Assembly (NCBI GenBank): GCA_964350265.1
Contig: CAYGJZ010000009.1
Span: 427 to 64,426 of the forward strand
Length of the DNA stretch: 64,000 bases
Direction: 5' to 3'
Source: an uncultured Gammaproteobacteria bacterium
Lineage (GTDB): Bacteria > Pseudomonadota > Gammaproteobacteria > Arenicellales > CAJQKF01
Shown: piece after piece, positions 8,836 to 17,261 of the stretch
Layout of the letters: the number at the start of each line of letters is the position of its first letter
Numbering within the stretch: the stretch's first letter is position 1
Translations under genes and position numbers: made by a program
The notes under the pieces: model-generated
The model's database searches: none
Told to the model about the DNA's origin: nothing
The model's input: the letters and a program-made list of their open reading frames with translations, nothing else

Positions 8836-9993
8836 ATGTCGATCGATACCCGCGCCATCCTGCTGGTCACCACCGTGCTCGCCTTCGGCAGCCTGTACGT
8901 GCCGCAGCCCATCCTGCCGGTGCTCTCGCGCGCCTTCGCGGTGACGCCGTCGGACGCCGCGCTGCTGGTCAGTATCACCATGCTGCCGCTGGCGGTGGCG
9001 CCGATTTTCTACGGCTACTTCCTGCAGTCGATCCCGGCCCGCCGGCTGCTGGTGGTGGCGCTCGCCATCATGGCGCTGTCGCAACTGCTGTTCGCGCTGG
9101 CGCCGGGCTACCCGATGGCGCTGGCCTCGCGGCTGCTGCTCGGCCTGGCGCTGCCCGCCGCCTTCACCGCGCTGATGACCATGGTCGCCAGCATCGCGCC
9201 GGCGGACAAGGTGCGCCAGGCCATGGGCGTGTACATCGCCACCACCATCGTCGGCGGCTTCGGCGGCCGTGCCTTGGGCGGCGTCGCCAGCGCCGCCTTC
9301 GACTGGCGGATGCCGTTCTTCGTCATGGCGGCACTGCTGGTCGCCAACATCGTGCTGCTGCGCCGACTGGCGGTGGACAGCGGCGCCTCCTTCGCCCGGC
9401 CGGGTCTTGCCCGGCTGGTGCGCACCGCCACCACGCCGCACTTCCTGTTCAGCTTCCTGACCATCTTCTGCGTCTTCTTCGTCTTCGCCGGGGTGCTCAA
9501 CAACCTGCCCTTCCGGCTGGAGGAGATCGACCCGTCGGTCACCGAGTCGGACATCGCCCTGATCTACTCCGGCTACATGGTCGGCGTGCTCACCGCGCTC
9601 GGCGCCAACCGCCTGTCCACCCTGCTCGGCGGCGAACGCCGCGGGCTGGCCTTCGGGCTGGTGGTGTTCTTCATCGCCACCGCCGCCTTCGCGGTGCGGT
9701 CCAGCGAGCTGATCCTGCTCAACGTGTTCCTGTTCTCCATCGGCATGTTCACCGTGCACAGCCTGCTCAGTGCCGGCGTCAACCACCGCGCCGGCGATCG
9801 CAAGAGCGTGGTCAACGGCCTGTACATCGCCATCTACTACACCGGCGGCAGCCTCGGCGCCTGGCTGCCCTCCTACCTGTACAGCCATGCCGGCTGGCAG
9901 ACCCTGCTGCATGCCCTCGGCGCGGTGGTGGTGCTGGCGATGCTGTTGATGCTGGGCATCTACCGCGGCACGCGTCCCGGCCCGGACCCCTGA
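8836..9993 (+). CDS. MFS transporter
   Basis: 385 aa, about 12 hydrophobic segments, MFS-like loop motifs (LLGLALPAAFTA; GRALGG). Confidence 0.8.
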   Translation: MSIDTRAILLVTTVLAFGSLYVPQPILPVLSRAFAVTPSDAALLVSITMLPLAVAPIFYGYFLQSIPARRLLVVALAIMALSQLLFALAPGYPMALASRLLLGLALPAAFTALMTMVASIAPADKVRQAMGVYIATTIVGGFGGRALGGVASAAFDWRMPFFVMAALLVANIVLLRRLAVDSGASFARPGLARLVRTATTPHFLFSFLTIFCVFFVFAGVLNNLPFRLEEIDPSVTESDIALIYSGYMVGVLTALGANRLSTLLGGERRGLAFGLVVFFIATAAFAVRSSELILLNVFLFSIGMFTVHSLLSAGVNHRAGDRKSVVNGLYIAIYYTGGSLGAWLPSYLYSHAGWQTLLHALGAVVVLAMLLMLGIYRGTRPGPDP

Positions 9994-10074
9994 CCCGGAT
10001 CACGGACCCGGGCGCCACAACGACGCCAGCGGGTGCGGTAAGCTAGCACTTTGCCTCTACAGAACCGTCCGACC

Positions 10075-10533
10075 ATGGGAATCGCCCTTTCGCTGCACGT
10101 CCTCTCCGCCATCGCCTGGGTTGGCGGCATGTTCTTCGCCTGGATGATCCTCAGGCCGGCAGCCGCGGCGCTGGAGCCGCCGGCCCGCCTGGCCCTGTGG
10201 CTGGCGGTGTTCCAGCGCTTCTTCCCGTGGGTGTGGGCGGCCATCGCGGTGCTGTTCGGCAGCGGTCTTTGGATCGTGCTGGCGGTGCTCGGCGGCTTCG
10301 CCGGTGCCGCCGCGCACATCCACCTGATGCTGACCCTGGCGCTGGTGATGACGGCGATCTACGCGGTGGTCTACTTCCACTACTACCGCCGGCTCGGTGC
10401 CGCCGTGGGCGCCTCGGACTGGCCGGCCGGCGCCGCCGCCCTTGGCGGCATCCGTCGCCTGGTGGGCATCAACCTGCTGCTCGGCGCGCTCACCGCGGTG
10501 GTCGGCGCCGGCGGCGGCTACCTGCTCGGCTGA
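10075..10533 (+). CDS. small 4-TM membrane protein, CopD-family-like
   Basis: Frame of ORF 10051..10533 (alternative TTG start at 10051). LHVLSAIAWVGGMFFAWMILRP resembles the CopD/HemJ-type H..(A/S)..W.GG helix. The function is not supported further. Confidence 0.5.
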   Translation: MGIALSLHVLSAIAWVGGMFFAWMILRPAAAALEPPARLALWLAVFQRFFPWVWAAIAVLFGSGLWIVLAVLGGFAGAAAHIHLMLTLALVMTAIYAVVYFHYYRRLGAAVGASDWPAGAAALGGIRRLVGINLLLGALTAVVGAGGGYLLG

Positions 10534-10558
10534 TGCCTGCGCAGGCGCCGCCCCCGCG

Positions 10559-11956
10559 CTAGCCGCTGACCGGGTCCAGCGGACCACGGTCGAAGCCGGC
10601 ACCGGCCTCCACCCAGGCGGCCTGCGACAGCAGCGCTGCATCGCCGTGGGCGCGGCCCACCAGTTGCACCGCCACCGGCAGGTGGTCGGCATGGCCCACC
10701 GGCAGGGTCACCACCGGCAGTCCGACCACGGTCAGCGCATAGGCGATGGACAGCCAGCGGTAGTAGGCCGACACCGGCAGCCCGTCGTGGCCGGGCCAGC
10801 GCTGCTCCGCCGGGAAGGGCAGGCAGCGGCTGGCCGGGCAGATCAGCAGGTCGACGTCTTCGCAGAAGGCGGCAGCGGCATGGTAGAGCCGCCCCTGGTG
10901 ACGGCGGGCGGCGGCGATCCGCGCCCCGCTGAGGGACAGGCCGCTGGCAATGTTCCAGCGCACCTCGGGCTTGACCAGCGCCAGCGCCTGCTGGTCGAGG
11001 TCGCCGAGGGAAGTGGCATAGTCCAGTGCCCGCAGCACGTCGAAGGTCTCGTCGACGCCGGCGAAGTCCGGGTGCGCGGTGACCACCTCCACGCCGGCAT
11101 CGGCCAGACGGTCGACGAAGCGGTGAAACACCGCCAGCACCTGCGCATCCACGCTGGCAATGCCCAGGTCGTCGGACACCGCGACACGCCGCGGGCGGGC
11201 CGGTGTCGCGGCCGCGGCGGCCAGGCCGGCGGCCGGCGCGCAGATGCCGGCCAGGGGGTGTTCGCCGCTCATCGCCTCGGCCAAGAGGCCCAGGTCGGCG
11301 ACGCTTCGCGCCATCGGACCCTCGGCGGCCAGCACCTCGAAGGGCGCGGGCAGCAGGCCGTCGGCGATGCGGCCGGGCGACGGCCGCAGGCTGGCGACAC
11401 CGCAGAAGGCGGCCGGCGTGCGCAGCGAACCGGCCAGGTCGGAGCCCTGGGCCAGCCAGGCCATGCCGCTGGCCAGCGCCGCCGCCGCGCCACCGGAGGA
11501 GCCGCCGGCACTGAGCCGGGTGTCGCGGGGGTTCAACGTGGTGCCGAAGACGTCGTTGAAGGTATGACCGCCGGCGCCGAACTCCGGCGTGTTGGACTTG
11601 GCATAGACCACGCCGCCGGCCGCCTCGAGCCGCTCCACGACGAGATCCGAGGTCTCGGCAACACGCTCGGCATGCACCCGCGAGCCGGCGGTGCAACGCA
11701 CCCCCGCCACCGCGCTGAGGTCCTTGATCGCCACCGGCAACCCGGCCAGCAGGCCGCGTTCGCCGGGTGGCCGGCGCATCTGCGCGCGGGCCGCCCGGCG
11801 GGCCCGCTCGAAGCAGCGTATCGGCAGCGCGTTGACCACGCCGTCGACGTCGCCGACGCGTTGCTCGAGCAGGTCGAGCAGGTCAAGCGGCGTCACCTCG
11901 CCGCGACGAAGTCGCCGCAGCACCTCCACGGCATCGCATCGCAGCAGTTCGTGCAT
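10559..11956 (-). CDS. amidase-signature family amidase
   Basis: 465 aa. AIKD lysine, GGSSGGAAAALA, GSDLAGSLRTPAAFCG are the classic amidase-signature (AS) elements. The start is 3 nt after the stop of the upstream gene. Confidence 0.85.
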   Translation of the reverse strand: MHELLRCDAVEVLRRLRRGEVTPLDLLDLLEQRVGDVDGVVNALPIRCFERARRAARAQMRRPPGERGLLAGLPVAIKDLSAVAGVRCTAGSRVHAERVAETSDLVVERLEAAGGVVYAKSNTPEFGAGGHTFNDVFGTTLNPRDTRLSAGGSSGGAAAALASGMAWLAQGSDLAGSLRTPAAFCGVASLRPSPGRIADGLLPAPFEVLAAEGPMARSVADLGLLAEAMSGEHPLAGICAPAAGLAAAAATPARPRRVAVSDDLGIASVDAQVLAVFHRFVDRLADAGVEVVTAHPDFAGVDETFDVLRALDYATSLGDLDQQALALVKPEVRWNIASGLSLSGARIAAARRHQGRLYHAAAAFCEDVDLLICPASRCLPFPAEQRWPGHDGLPVSAYYRWLSIAYALTVVGLPVVTLPVGHADHLPVAVQLVGRAHGDAALLSQAAWVEAGAGFDRGPLDPVSG

Positions 11957-11959
11957 GGT

Positions 11960-13735
11960 TCAGCCTCCCGCGGGCACCAGGCGGGCGCGCCCGGCCTCGA
12001 TGACGATGGCCTGCCGCGGCGGCACGCGGACCCGCACGGTGGCGTCCGCCGGCCTTCGCTGGTAGCGGGAGAACGGCACCACGGTCCGCTGCCCGGCCTG
12101 CTCGAGAACGAAGGATGCCGTGCCCTCGTCGGACAGCGCGTCGACGTCGGAGGGCACCATGCCGAGGGCGGCGAACTTGTACAGGGGCCGGCCGCCGGTG
12201 CCCAGTGCCAGCTGGTCGCCGGCCCGCTGCGCCGGCCAGCGGCTGTCGCCGGCCACCAGCGTGACCGGCCCGTCCACGGCGTCGTCCACGGCGTCGACCA
12301 GGGGCAGGCGCAGCGGGCCGGTGTGGTTGCACCAGGCCCCCTCCACGCGCAGCACCCAGATCGCCACCCCCGGTGCCACCGGCCGCGCCTCGCCGAGGGT
12401 GACCGATCCGCCGTCCCCGCCCTCGACGGTCACCGTCTCGCCGGGGGAAAGCGGCCTGTCCAGGGGCAGCAGGCAGCCGCGCAGCACGCTCTCGTCGCCG
12501 GGCGTCACCGCCAGCAGGCCGCCGATGCCGGCCGTGGCCGCGGTGGCGCGGTGCCGGTCATCTTCCTCCTGGCGGCGGTCGTGCACCGACACCAGCACGC
12601 CGACGGTGGCGTCGTCGAGGGTCACCGTGAGGCGCTCGAAGCCGGACAGCGGCGGTGGCGTCGGCCCGTCTGCACCGGCCTCCTGGTCGACGAAATGCAG
12701 CCAGGGCTGCGCCGGTGGCGGCTCGGCCAGCAGCATGCGCACCAGGCTGCGGGCCAGGCGCTGGTTGCCCCAGCCGCTGCGGTGCCAGATCGGCGCCATG
12801 TAGGGAAACCGGTCCTCAAGGTGCAGGCGGTCGGCAAAGGCGATGTTGTCCGGGGCACCGTCGGCGAGGATGTCCTGGTAGTTGCCCGGGCGGGAAGTCA
12901 CCACCACCACCTGCACCGGGTCGGCGGCCAGCCGGTGCAGCAGGCGGCGATGGATTTCATAGGCTTCCCGCCGCGGATCGTCCTGGTAGTACAGGGGATT
13001 GGGCAGGCGGGTACCCGCGGGCAGCATGGCACGCACCAGCGCCGGCGGGTTGTAGTCGTAGCGCAGGTAGCGCCAGCGCGGCAGGAAGGCGTGGTAGCGG
13101 TCGAAGCGCGCCCGGGCATTCGCCCCGGAGACTTCCAGCAGGCGCAGGTCGTCGCCGTCGAGCACGTGGCGGGCATGCAGGTAGTAGGGGTGGCTGCTGC
13201 CGCTGTGGTGGAAGGTGGTGTCCCGGCGCCACCAGAACGATTCGGCCACCAGCGTGACCAGGTCGCAGTGAAAGCGGCGCGCCACGTCCTGCCACATGAC
13301 GCTGATCTGGGAGAAGCCGTGCCAGCCGTTGCCGAAGTTGATCACTTCCACGTTGTCCGCGCCCAGGCTGCGGAACTCGCGCTGCAGCAGGGACGGATAG
13401 TCCAGGTCGGCGGAGACCTCGTCGCCGGCGGTGGCCGAGTCGCCCATGGCGCAGACCCGGATCACGCCGTCGGGCTTGGCCAGGGCGGCAAGGCCGAAGT
13501 GCACCGAGGACCGGCGGGCCAGCGACCCGACCCGGCGCATGGTGACCTCGTCGATGTAGGGAATGGTGGTGTCCAGCGTCTTCGCGCCGCCGATCTCGGC
13601 CAGCGAGGCGCGGTAGGGGCGGTAGGCGAACAGGTAGAGCAGCAGCAGCACCGCCGCCAGCAGGTAGACGAGGTAGGCCAGCGCGGCGCCGAGGCGGCGA
13701 AACGGGCTGCGGCGCGCGGGGGATGCATTGGGCAC
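11960..13735 (-). CDS. membrane-anchored hypothetical protein with SGNH/GDSL-like N-domain and beta-rich C-terminal half
   Basis: 591 aa. N-terminal TM LGAALAYLVYLLAAVLLLLYLF. IRVCAMGDSATAG (block I-like), VINFGNGWHG (block II-like), WHRSGWGNQRLARSLV (block V-like His). The residue mix is diverse, unlike the 1180-aa antisense ORF. Confidence 0.6.
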   Translation of the reverse strand: MPNASPARRSPFRRLGAALAYLVYLLAAVLLLLYLFAYRPYRASLAEIGGAKTLDTTIPYIDEVTMRRVGSLARRSSVHFGLAALAKPDGVIRVCAMGDSATAGDEVSADLDYPSLLQREFRSLGADNVEVINFGNGWHGFSQISVMWQDVARRFHCDLVTLVAESFWWRRDTTFHHSGSSHPYYLHARHVLDGDDLRLLEVSGANARARFDRYHAFLPRWRYLRYDYNPPALVRAMLPAGTRLPNPLYYQDDPRREAYEIHRRLLHRLAADPVQVVVVTSRPGNYQDILADGAPDNIAFADRLHLEDRFPYMAPIWHRSGWGNQRLARSLVRMLLAEPPPAQPWLHFVDQEAGADGPTPPPLSGFERLTVTLDDATVGVLVSVHDRRQEEDDRHRATAATAGIGGLLAVTPGDESVLRGCLLPLDRPLSPGETVTVEGGDGGSVTLGEARPVAPGVAIWVLRVEGAWCNHTGPLRLPLVDAVDDAVDGPVTLVAGDSRWPAQRAGDQLALGTGGRPLYKFAALGMVPSDVDALSDEGTASFVLEQAGQRTVVPFSRYQRRPADATVRVRVPPRQAIVIEAGRARLVPAGG

Positions 13736-13935
13736 GGAGCTCTCCGGCGAAGGAAACGGGGGTGCCGCCCGCCAACCGTCATGCCTGCCGCCGTGCCGGT
13801 GGGTGGCGCGCGGGCATTCTACACCGCCGCCGCCCGGGACCGGCTCGCGGGCCCGTTGAACGGCCGGGGGGTCGCCAGCGTACCTACCGGGTACCCGTCA
13901 CGGCCCTGCCGTGCGCCACCTGCCGGAGACCGACC

Positions 13936-16299
13936 ATGAACGCATGCCATCTTGCCAGCCGTCGAACCGGTTGCCTCGCCTCCCTGCTGATCACGCTCGC
14001 CGGCACCGCCCACGGCGGCGACGCCCTGCCACCGCTGTTCGGGTCGGGAAAGGGTGCCCACGTCGAGCAGACCGGAACGAAGCCCTCGATCAGCGTCGCC
14101 GACACCGATCACGACGGCGTCTACGACCAGGCCACCACCACCTCGTCGTCGATTTCCGCCCACGTCGCCGCCCAGTGCGACGACGACGAGGCGGTGGCGC
14201 CGGCCGGCACCATCGGCATCTCCGGTGGCGGCGAAGCCTGGACCGGCAGCTACTTCACCTTCCAGGCCGAGCCCTGGCACCAGCAGCCGTTGCTGGCGGT
14301 GGCTGCGCCGGACAACCATGCCCAGCCCGACTTCCCGGCCGAGTACCTCGACGAGGCCCTGGCCAGGTGCAATGCCCTGGCTGCCGGCGAGAAGTCGGCC
14401 GGCGCCGTGCTCGATGCCCAGATCGGCGTGCTCGGCTATGGCGTGGCCTGCGTCGAGGCACCGGGGGTCACCGTCACCCCGACCGGCGAGGGGGCGGCCC
14501 TGTTCGCCAAGAACCTGTTCACCCTCGGCCTGTACACGGCCTTCAACCCGCTCACCTTCGGCGCCGAGGGTTCGGGCCTGGTCGCCGACACCCCGCTCGG
14601 TGTCAGCGTCCACTGCCAGCCGGCGGAACCGCTGATGGTGGAGTCCTCCGGCCTCGCCACCCTGGAGTCGGCCACCCTGGGCGGCCACTGCGCGGTGACG
14701 CTGTCCGGGACCATCCACACCAACCACCCCAACCAGCCGGTGTCGTTCCGCTACGTCGACGACGACGGCCACCAGAGCAACGTGCACCAGGTGGTCACCG
14801 ACCACGCCGGCGTCGCCGCCTTCCACCACCAGTACGACATCCCCGCCGACGCCGACGGCCCAGAGTCCGGACAGATCCGCATGGTCGGCGTGCAGCCGTC
14901 CTTCCAGTCGGCCTGGAGCGGCTATGCCATGGACTGCCTGGCGGCATCGCCGTCGGGCGTGGTCGCCCAGCTGCCGCCCAGCCTCGAGCTGCATGTCGAG
15001 CCGGTGGACAACACCATGATCGGCGGCCAGATCTGCCCCACCCGGGTTCGCCTGGTGGCCGGCGTGGATGCCCCCAGCGGCTTTGTCGGCAGCCTCATCT
15101 TCGTCGGCAGCGAGTACTTCTCCGGGCTCCACCCGGTGCAGCTCGGCAGCGGCCAGAAGAAGCAGTACGGCGACTACCGTGACCTGCACTGGGGCGTGCC
15201 CGGCGGCTTCGGCAGCGCCCTGTCCAGTGGCCAGGGCGCGGACGACGCCCTGCGCAGCCAGCCGTTCACCATGGGCTACAACCTGGTCGACGGCGAAGGC
15301 CAGGTGGCCTGGCAGTACCCGCGCCAGGGCTTCTCGGTGACCTGCCGCCGGCCGCAGGTGAATCCCGGCGTCGGCGCCGTGGGCGGACTGGCCAGCGCCG
15401 TGCACGTGCACCAGGCCGTGCTCGCCGCGGCACCCGAGGCCACCCTCGACGGCGGCCAGTGCGGGGTGCGGCTGAACGGCAACCTGCGTGCCAACCTGGC
15501 CCATGCCCGGCTGACGTTCGACATCCGCGACCAGCGCGGCCAGACCCTGCGCAGCCACGTGGTCACCACCGATGCGCAGAAGGAGGCGCACTTCGCCGAC
15601 TACATCGACTTCACCCGCCCGGCCGAGGGCGTGTGGATCGACGACAGCGGCAAGATCTCCCTGGACGGCATCGCCCAGGGCGGCACGCGCAGCGGCCACT
15701 TCCGCGTGGTGGGCACCAACGTCGCCTTCCAGAGCAACATCGCCGCCTACCACGTGCACTGCCACGACAAGGCCCCCGGCGGCCTCGTGGCGACGCCGAA
15801 GAAGCCCAAGCCCACGGTTCCCACGGTGGGCACGATGACGGCATCGCCGCGACCGGACCCGGCGGCACCGTCGAACACGCCGACCTCCACGCCGCGGGCG
15901 GCCTCGCTGTCCGCGGGCACGGCGCCGCGCGGCGGCACGGAGCCGACGCCGACCACGCCACCGGTGATGGGTCTTTCCGCCAGCGTCGCCAAGCGTCCCG
16001 ACGCCGCCGTCGAGGCTGTCCGCCTGCAACTGCGTCGCGGCATCGCCACCGTGCGCACCACCATCGCCAACCACGGCAGCGCCGATGCGGGCGGCAACGT
16101 GCTGATCCGGCTGAAGAGCGCCGACGGCGCCACCGTGCAGCAGTTCCAGCAGGGCTACGCGCTGGCACCGGGGCGCACGCAGACCATCGAGAAGCGCTTC
16201 CGCGCCCGTGGCCAGCGGTCGCTGCTGGCCCAGGTGGTGGTGCGCGGCGCCGGCGACGCCAACCCGGCCAACAACGAGCGCAGCGCGCGGGCGAAATAG
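13936..16299 (+). CDS. secreted 787-aa repeat protein: DxDxDG motif, three Cys-bracketed ~100-aa repeats, Pro/Thr linker, CARDB-like C-terminal domain
   Basis: Frame of ORF 13723..16299; ATG 13936. Signal peptide MNACHLASRRTGCLASLLITLAGTAHG. DTDHDGVYD. Repeats start GGHCAVTLSG / GGQICPTRVRL / GGQCGVRLNG and end AMDC / SVTC / HVHC. Linker PKKPKPTVPT...TPTTPP. The end reads TTIANHGSADAGG...LAPGRTQT...DANPANNE. Confidence 0.7.
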   Translation: MNACHLASRRTGCLASLLITLAGTAHGGDALPPLFGSGKGAHVEQTGTKPSISVADTDHDGVYDQATTTSSSISAHVAAQCDDDEAVAPAGTIGISGGGEAWTGSYFTFQAEPWHQQPLLAVAAPDNHAQPDFPAEYLDEALARCNALAAGEKSAGAVLDAQIGVLGYGVACVEAPGVTVTPTGEGAALFAKNLFTLGLYTAFNPLTFGAEGSGLVADTPLGVSVHCQPAEPLMVESSGLATLESATLGGHCAVTLSGTIHTNHPNQPVSFRYVDDDGHQSNVHQVVTDHAGVAAFHHQYDIPADADGPESGQIRMVGVQPSFQSAWSGYAMDCLAASPSGVVAQLPPSLELHVEPVDNTMIGGQICPTRVRLVAGVDAPSGFVGSLIFVGSEYFSGLHPVQLGSGQKKQYGDYRDLHWGVPGGFGSALSSGQGADDALRSQPFTMGYNLVDGEGQVAWQYPRQGFSVTCRRPQVNPGVGAVGGLASAVHVHQAVLAAAPEATLDGGQCGVRLNGNLRANLAHARLTFDIRDQRGQTLRSHVVTTDAQKEAHFADYIDFTRPAEGVWIDDSGKISLDGIAQGGTRSGHFRVVGTNVAFQSNIAAYHVHCHDKAPGGLVATPKKPKPTVPTVGTMTASPRPDPAAPSNTPTSTPRAASLSAGTAPRGGTEPTPTTPPVMGLSASVAKRPDAAVEAVRLQLRRGIATVRTTIANHGSADAGGNVLIRLKSADGATVQQFQQGYALAPGRTQTIEKRFRARGQRSLLAQVVVRGAGDANPANNERSARAK

Positions 16300-16307
16300 C
16301 ACGACGC

Positions 16308-16342
16308 GGTGGCACCGGCCCGGGCGCAGGGCCGGTGCCACC
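16308..16342 (+). terminator. perfect 14-bp GC-rich hairpin after the secreted-protein gene (no U-tract)
   Basis: Read directly: ggtggcaccggccc-gggcgca-gggccggtgccacc, starting 9 nt after the TAG at 16297-16299. Confidence 0.4.
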
Positions 16343-16448
16343 TGCACCGGCTGGACGGTATCGGCACGTCGTCCACCGCGGTGGCAGAAGTGGTAGCATG
16401 ACAGGCCGTGCACCGGCCCGCCGCCGCCCACCGCCACCGCCGCAGAAC

Positions 16449-17234
16449 ATGCCCCTGACCACCATCGACTACACCTGCGCCGACGGTGTCGCCAGCATCG
16501 CGCTGAATCGCCCGCAACGACTGAACAGCTTCAACGACACCATGCACGCGGAGCTGCGCGAGGCACTGGACCATGCCCGCGACGAGGCCTCGGTGCGCTG
16601 CCTGCTGCTCACCGGTCGCGGACGCGGTTTCTGCGCCGGCCAGGACCTCGGCGACCGCCGCGGCAGCGACGGACCACCGGATCTCGCCGCCTCGCTGCGC
16701 AACCACTACAACCCGCTGGTCACGCGCATCACCCGCATGCCCAAGCCGGTGGTGTGCGCGGTCAACGGCGTCGCCGCCGGCGCCGGCGCCAACCTCGCGC
16801 TGGCCTGCGACATCGTGCTGGCGGCACGCTCGGCGAAGTTCATCCAGTCCTTCAGCAAGGTCGGCCTGGTGCCCGACAGCGGCGGCAGCTGGTGGCTGGC
16901 ACGCACCCTCGGCCGTGCCCGGGCACTGGGCCTGGCCCTGACCGGCGAGGCGCTGGACGCCGACACCGCCAGGGACTGGGGGCTGGTCTGGGCGGTGGTG
17001 GAGGATGAGCACCTGGCCGACGAGGCGGCGGCGCTGGCCGCCCGGCTGGCGGCGGCACCGACCCTCGGCCTCGCCCTCACCCGCCAGGCCATCGACGCCG
17101 CCTTCGACAACGACCTGGCCGACCAGCTCGAGCTGGAAGCCGAACTGCAGGGCCGCGCCGGGCGCAGCGACGACTACCGCGAAGGCGTCAACGCCTTCCT
17201 GGAAAAGCGCCCGCCGCGCTTCACCGGCCGCTAG
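16449..17234 (+). CDS. paaG: 2-(1,2-epoxy-1,2-dihydrophenyl)acetyl-CoA isomerase (crotonase family)
   Basis: ATG 16449. Near-collinear with remembered E. coli PaaG: LNRPQRLNSFND, RCLLLTGRGRGFCAGQDL, KPVVCAVNGVAAGAGANLAL, SAKFIQSFSKVGLVPD, DYREGVNAFLEKRPPRFTG. Confidence 0.85.
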   Translation: MPLTTIDYTCADGVASIALNRPQRLNSFNDTMHAELREALDHARDEASVRCLLLTGRGRGFCAGQDLGDRRGSDGPPDLAASLRNHYNPLVTRITRMPKPVVCAVNGVAAGAGANLALACDIVLAARSAKFIQSFSKVGLVPDSGGSWWLARTLGRARALGLALTGEALDADTARDWGLVWAVVEDEHLADEAAALAARLAAAPTLGLALTRQAIDAAFDNDLADQLELEAELQGRAGRSDDYREGVNAFLEKRPPRFTGR

Positions 17235-17261
17235 CGGCCCTTCCCGCGAATTCCGACGAGG

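Noticed and set aside
10397-13939. 1180-aa plus-strand ORF spanning the amidase and SGNH-like genes
   Set aside because: It lies antisense to two ORFs with recognisable motifs. Its translation is dominated by Arg/Gly/Ala/His/Gln/Pro, as expected for stop-free antisense frames in high-GC DNA, and I saw no recognisable domain.
13819-16437. 872-aa minus-strand ORF opposite the secreted repeat protein
   Set aside because: It has the same antisense, low-complexity Gly/Ala/Arg/His composition. The plus-strand product has a signal peptide, structured repeats and a CARDB-like end.
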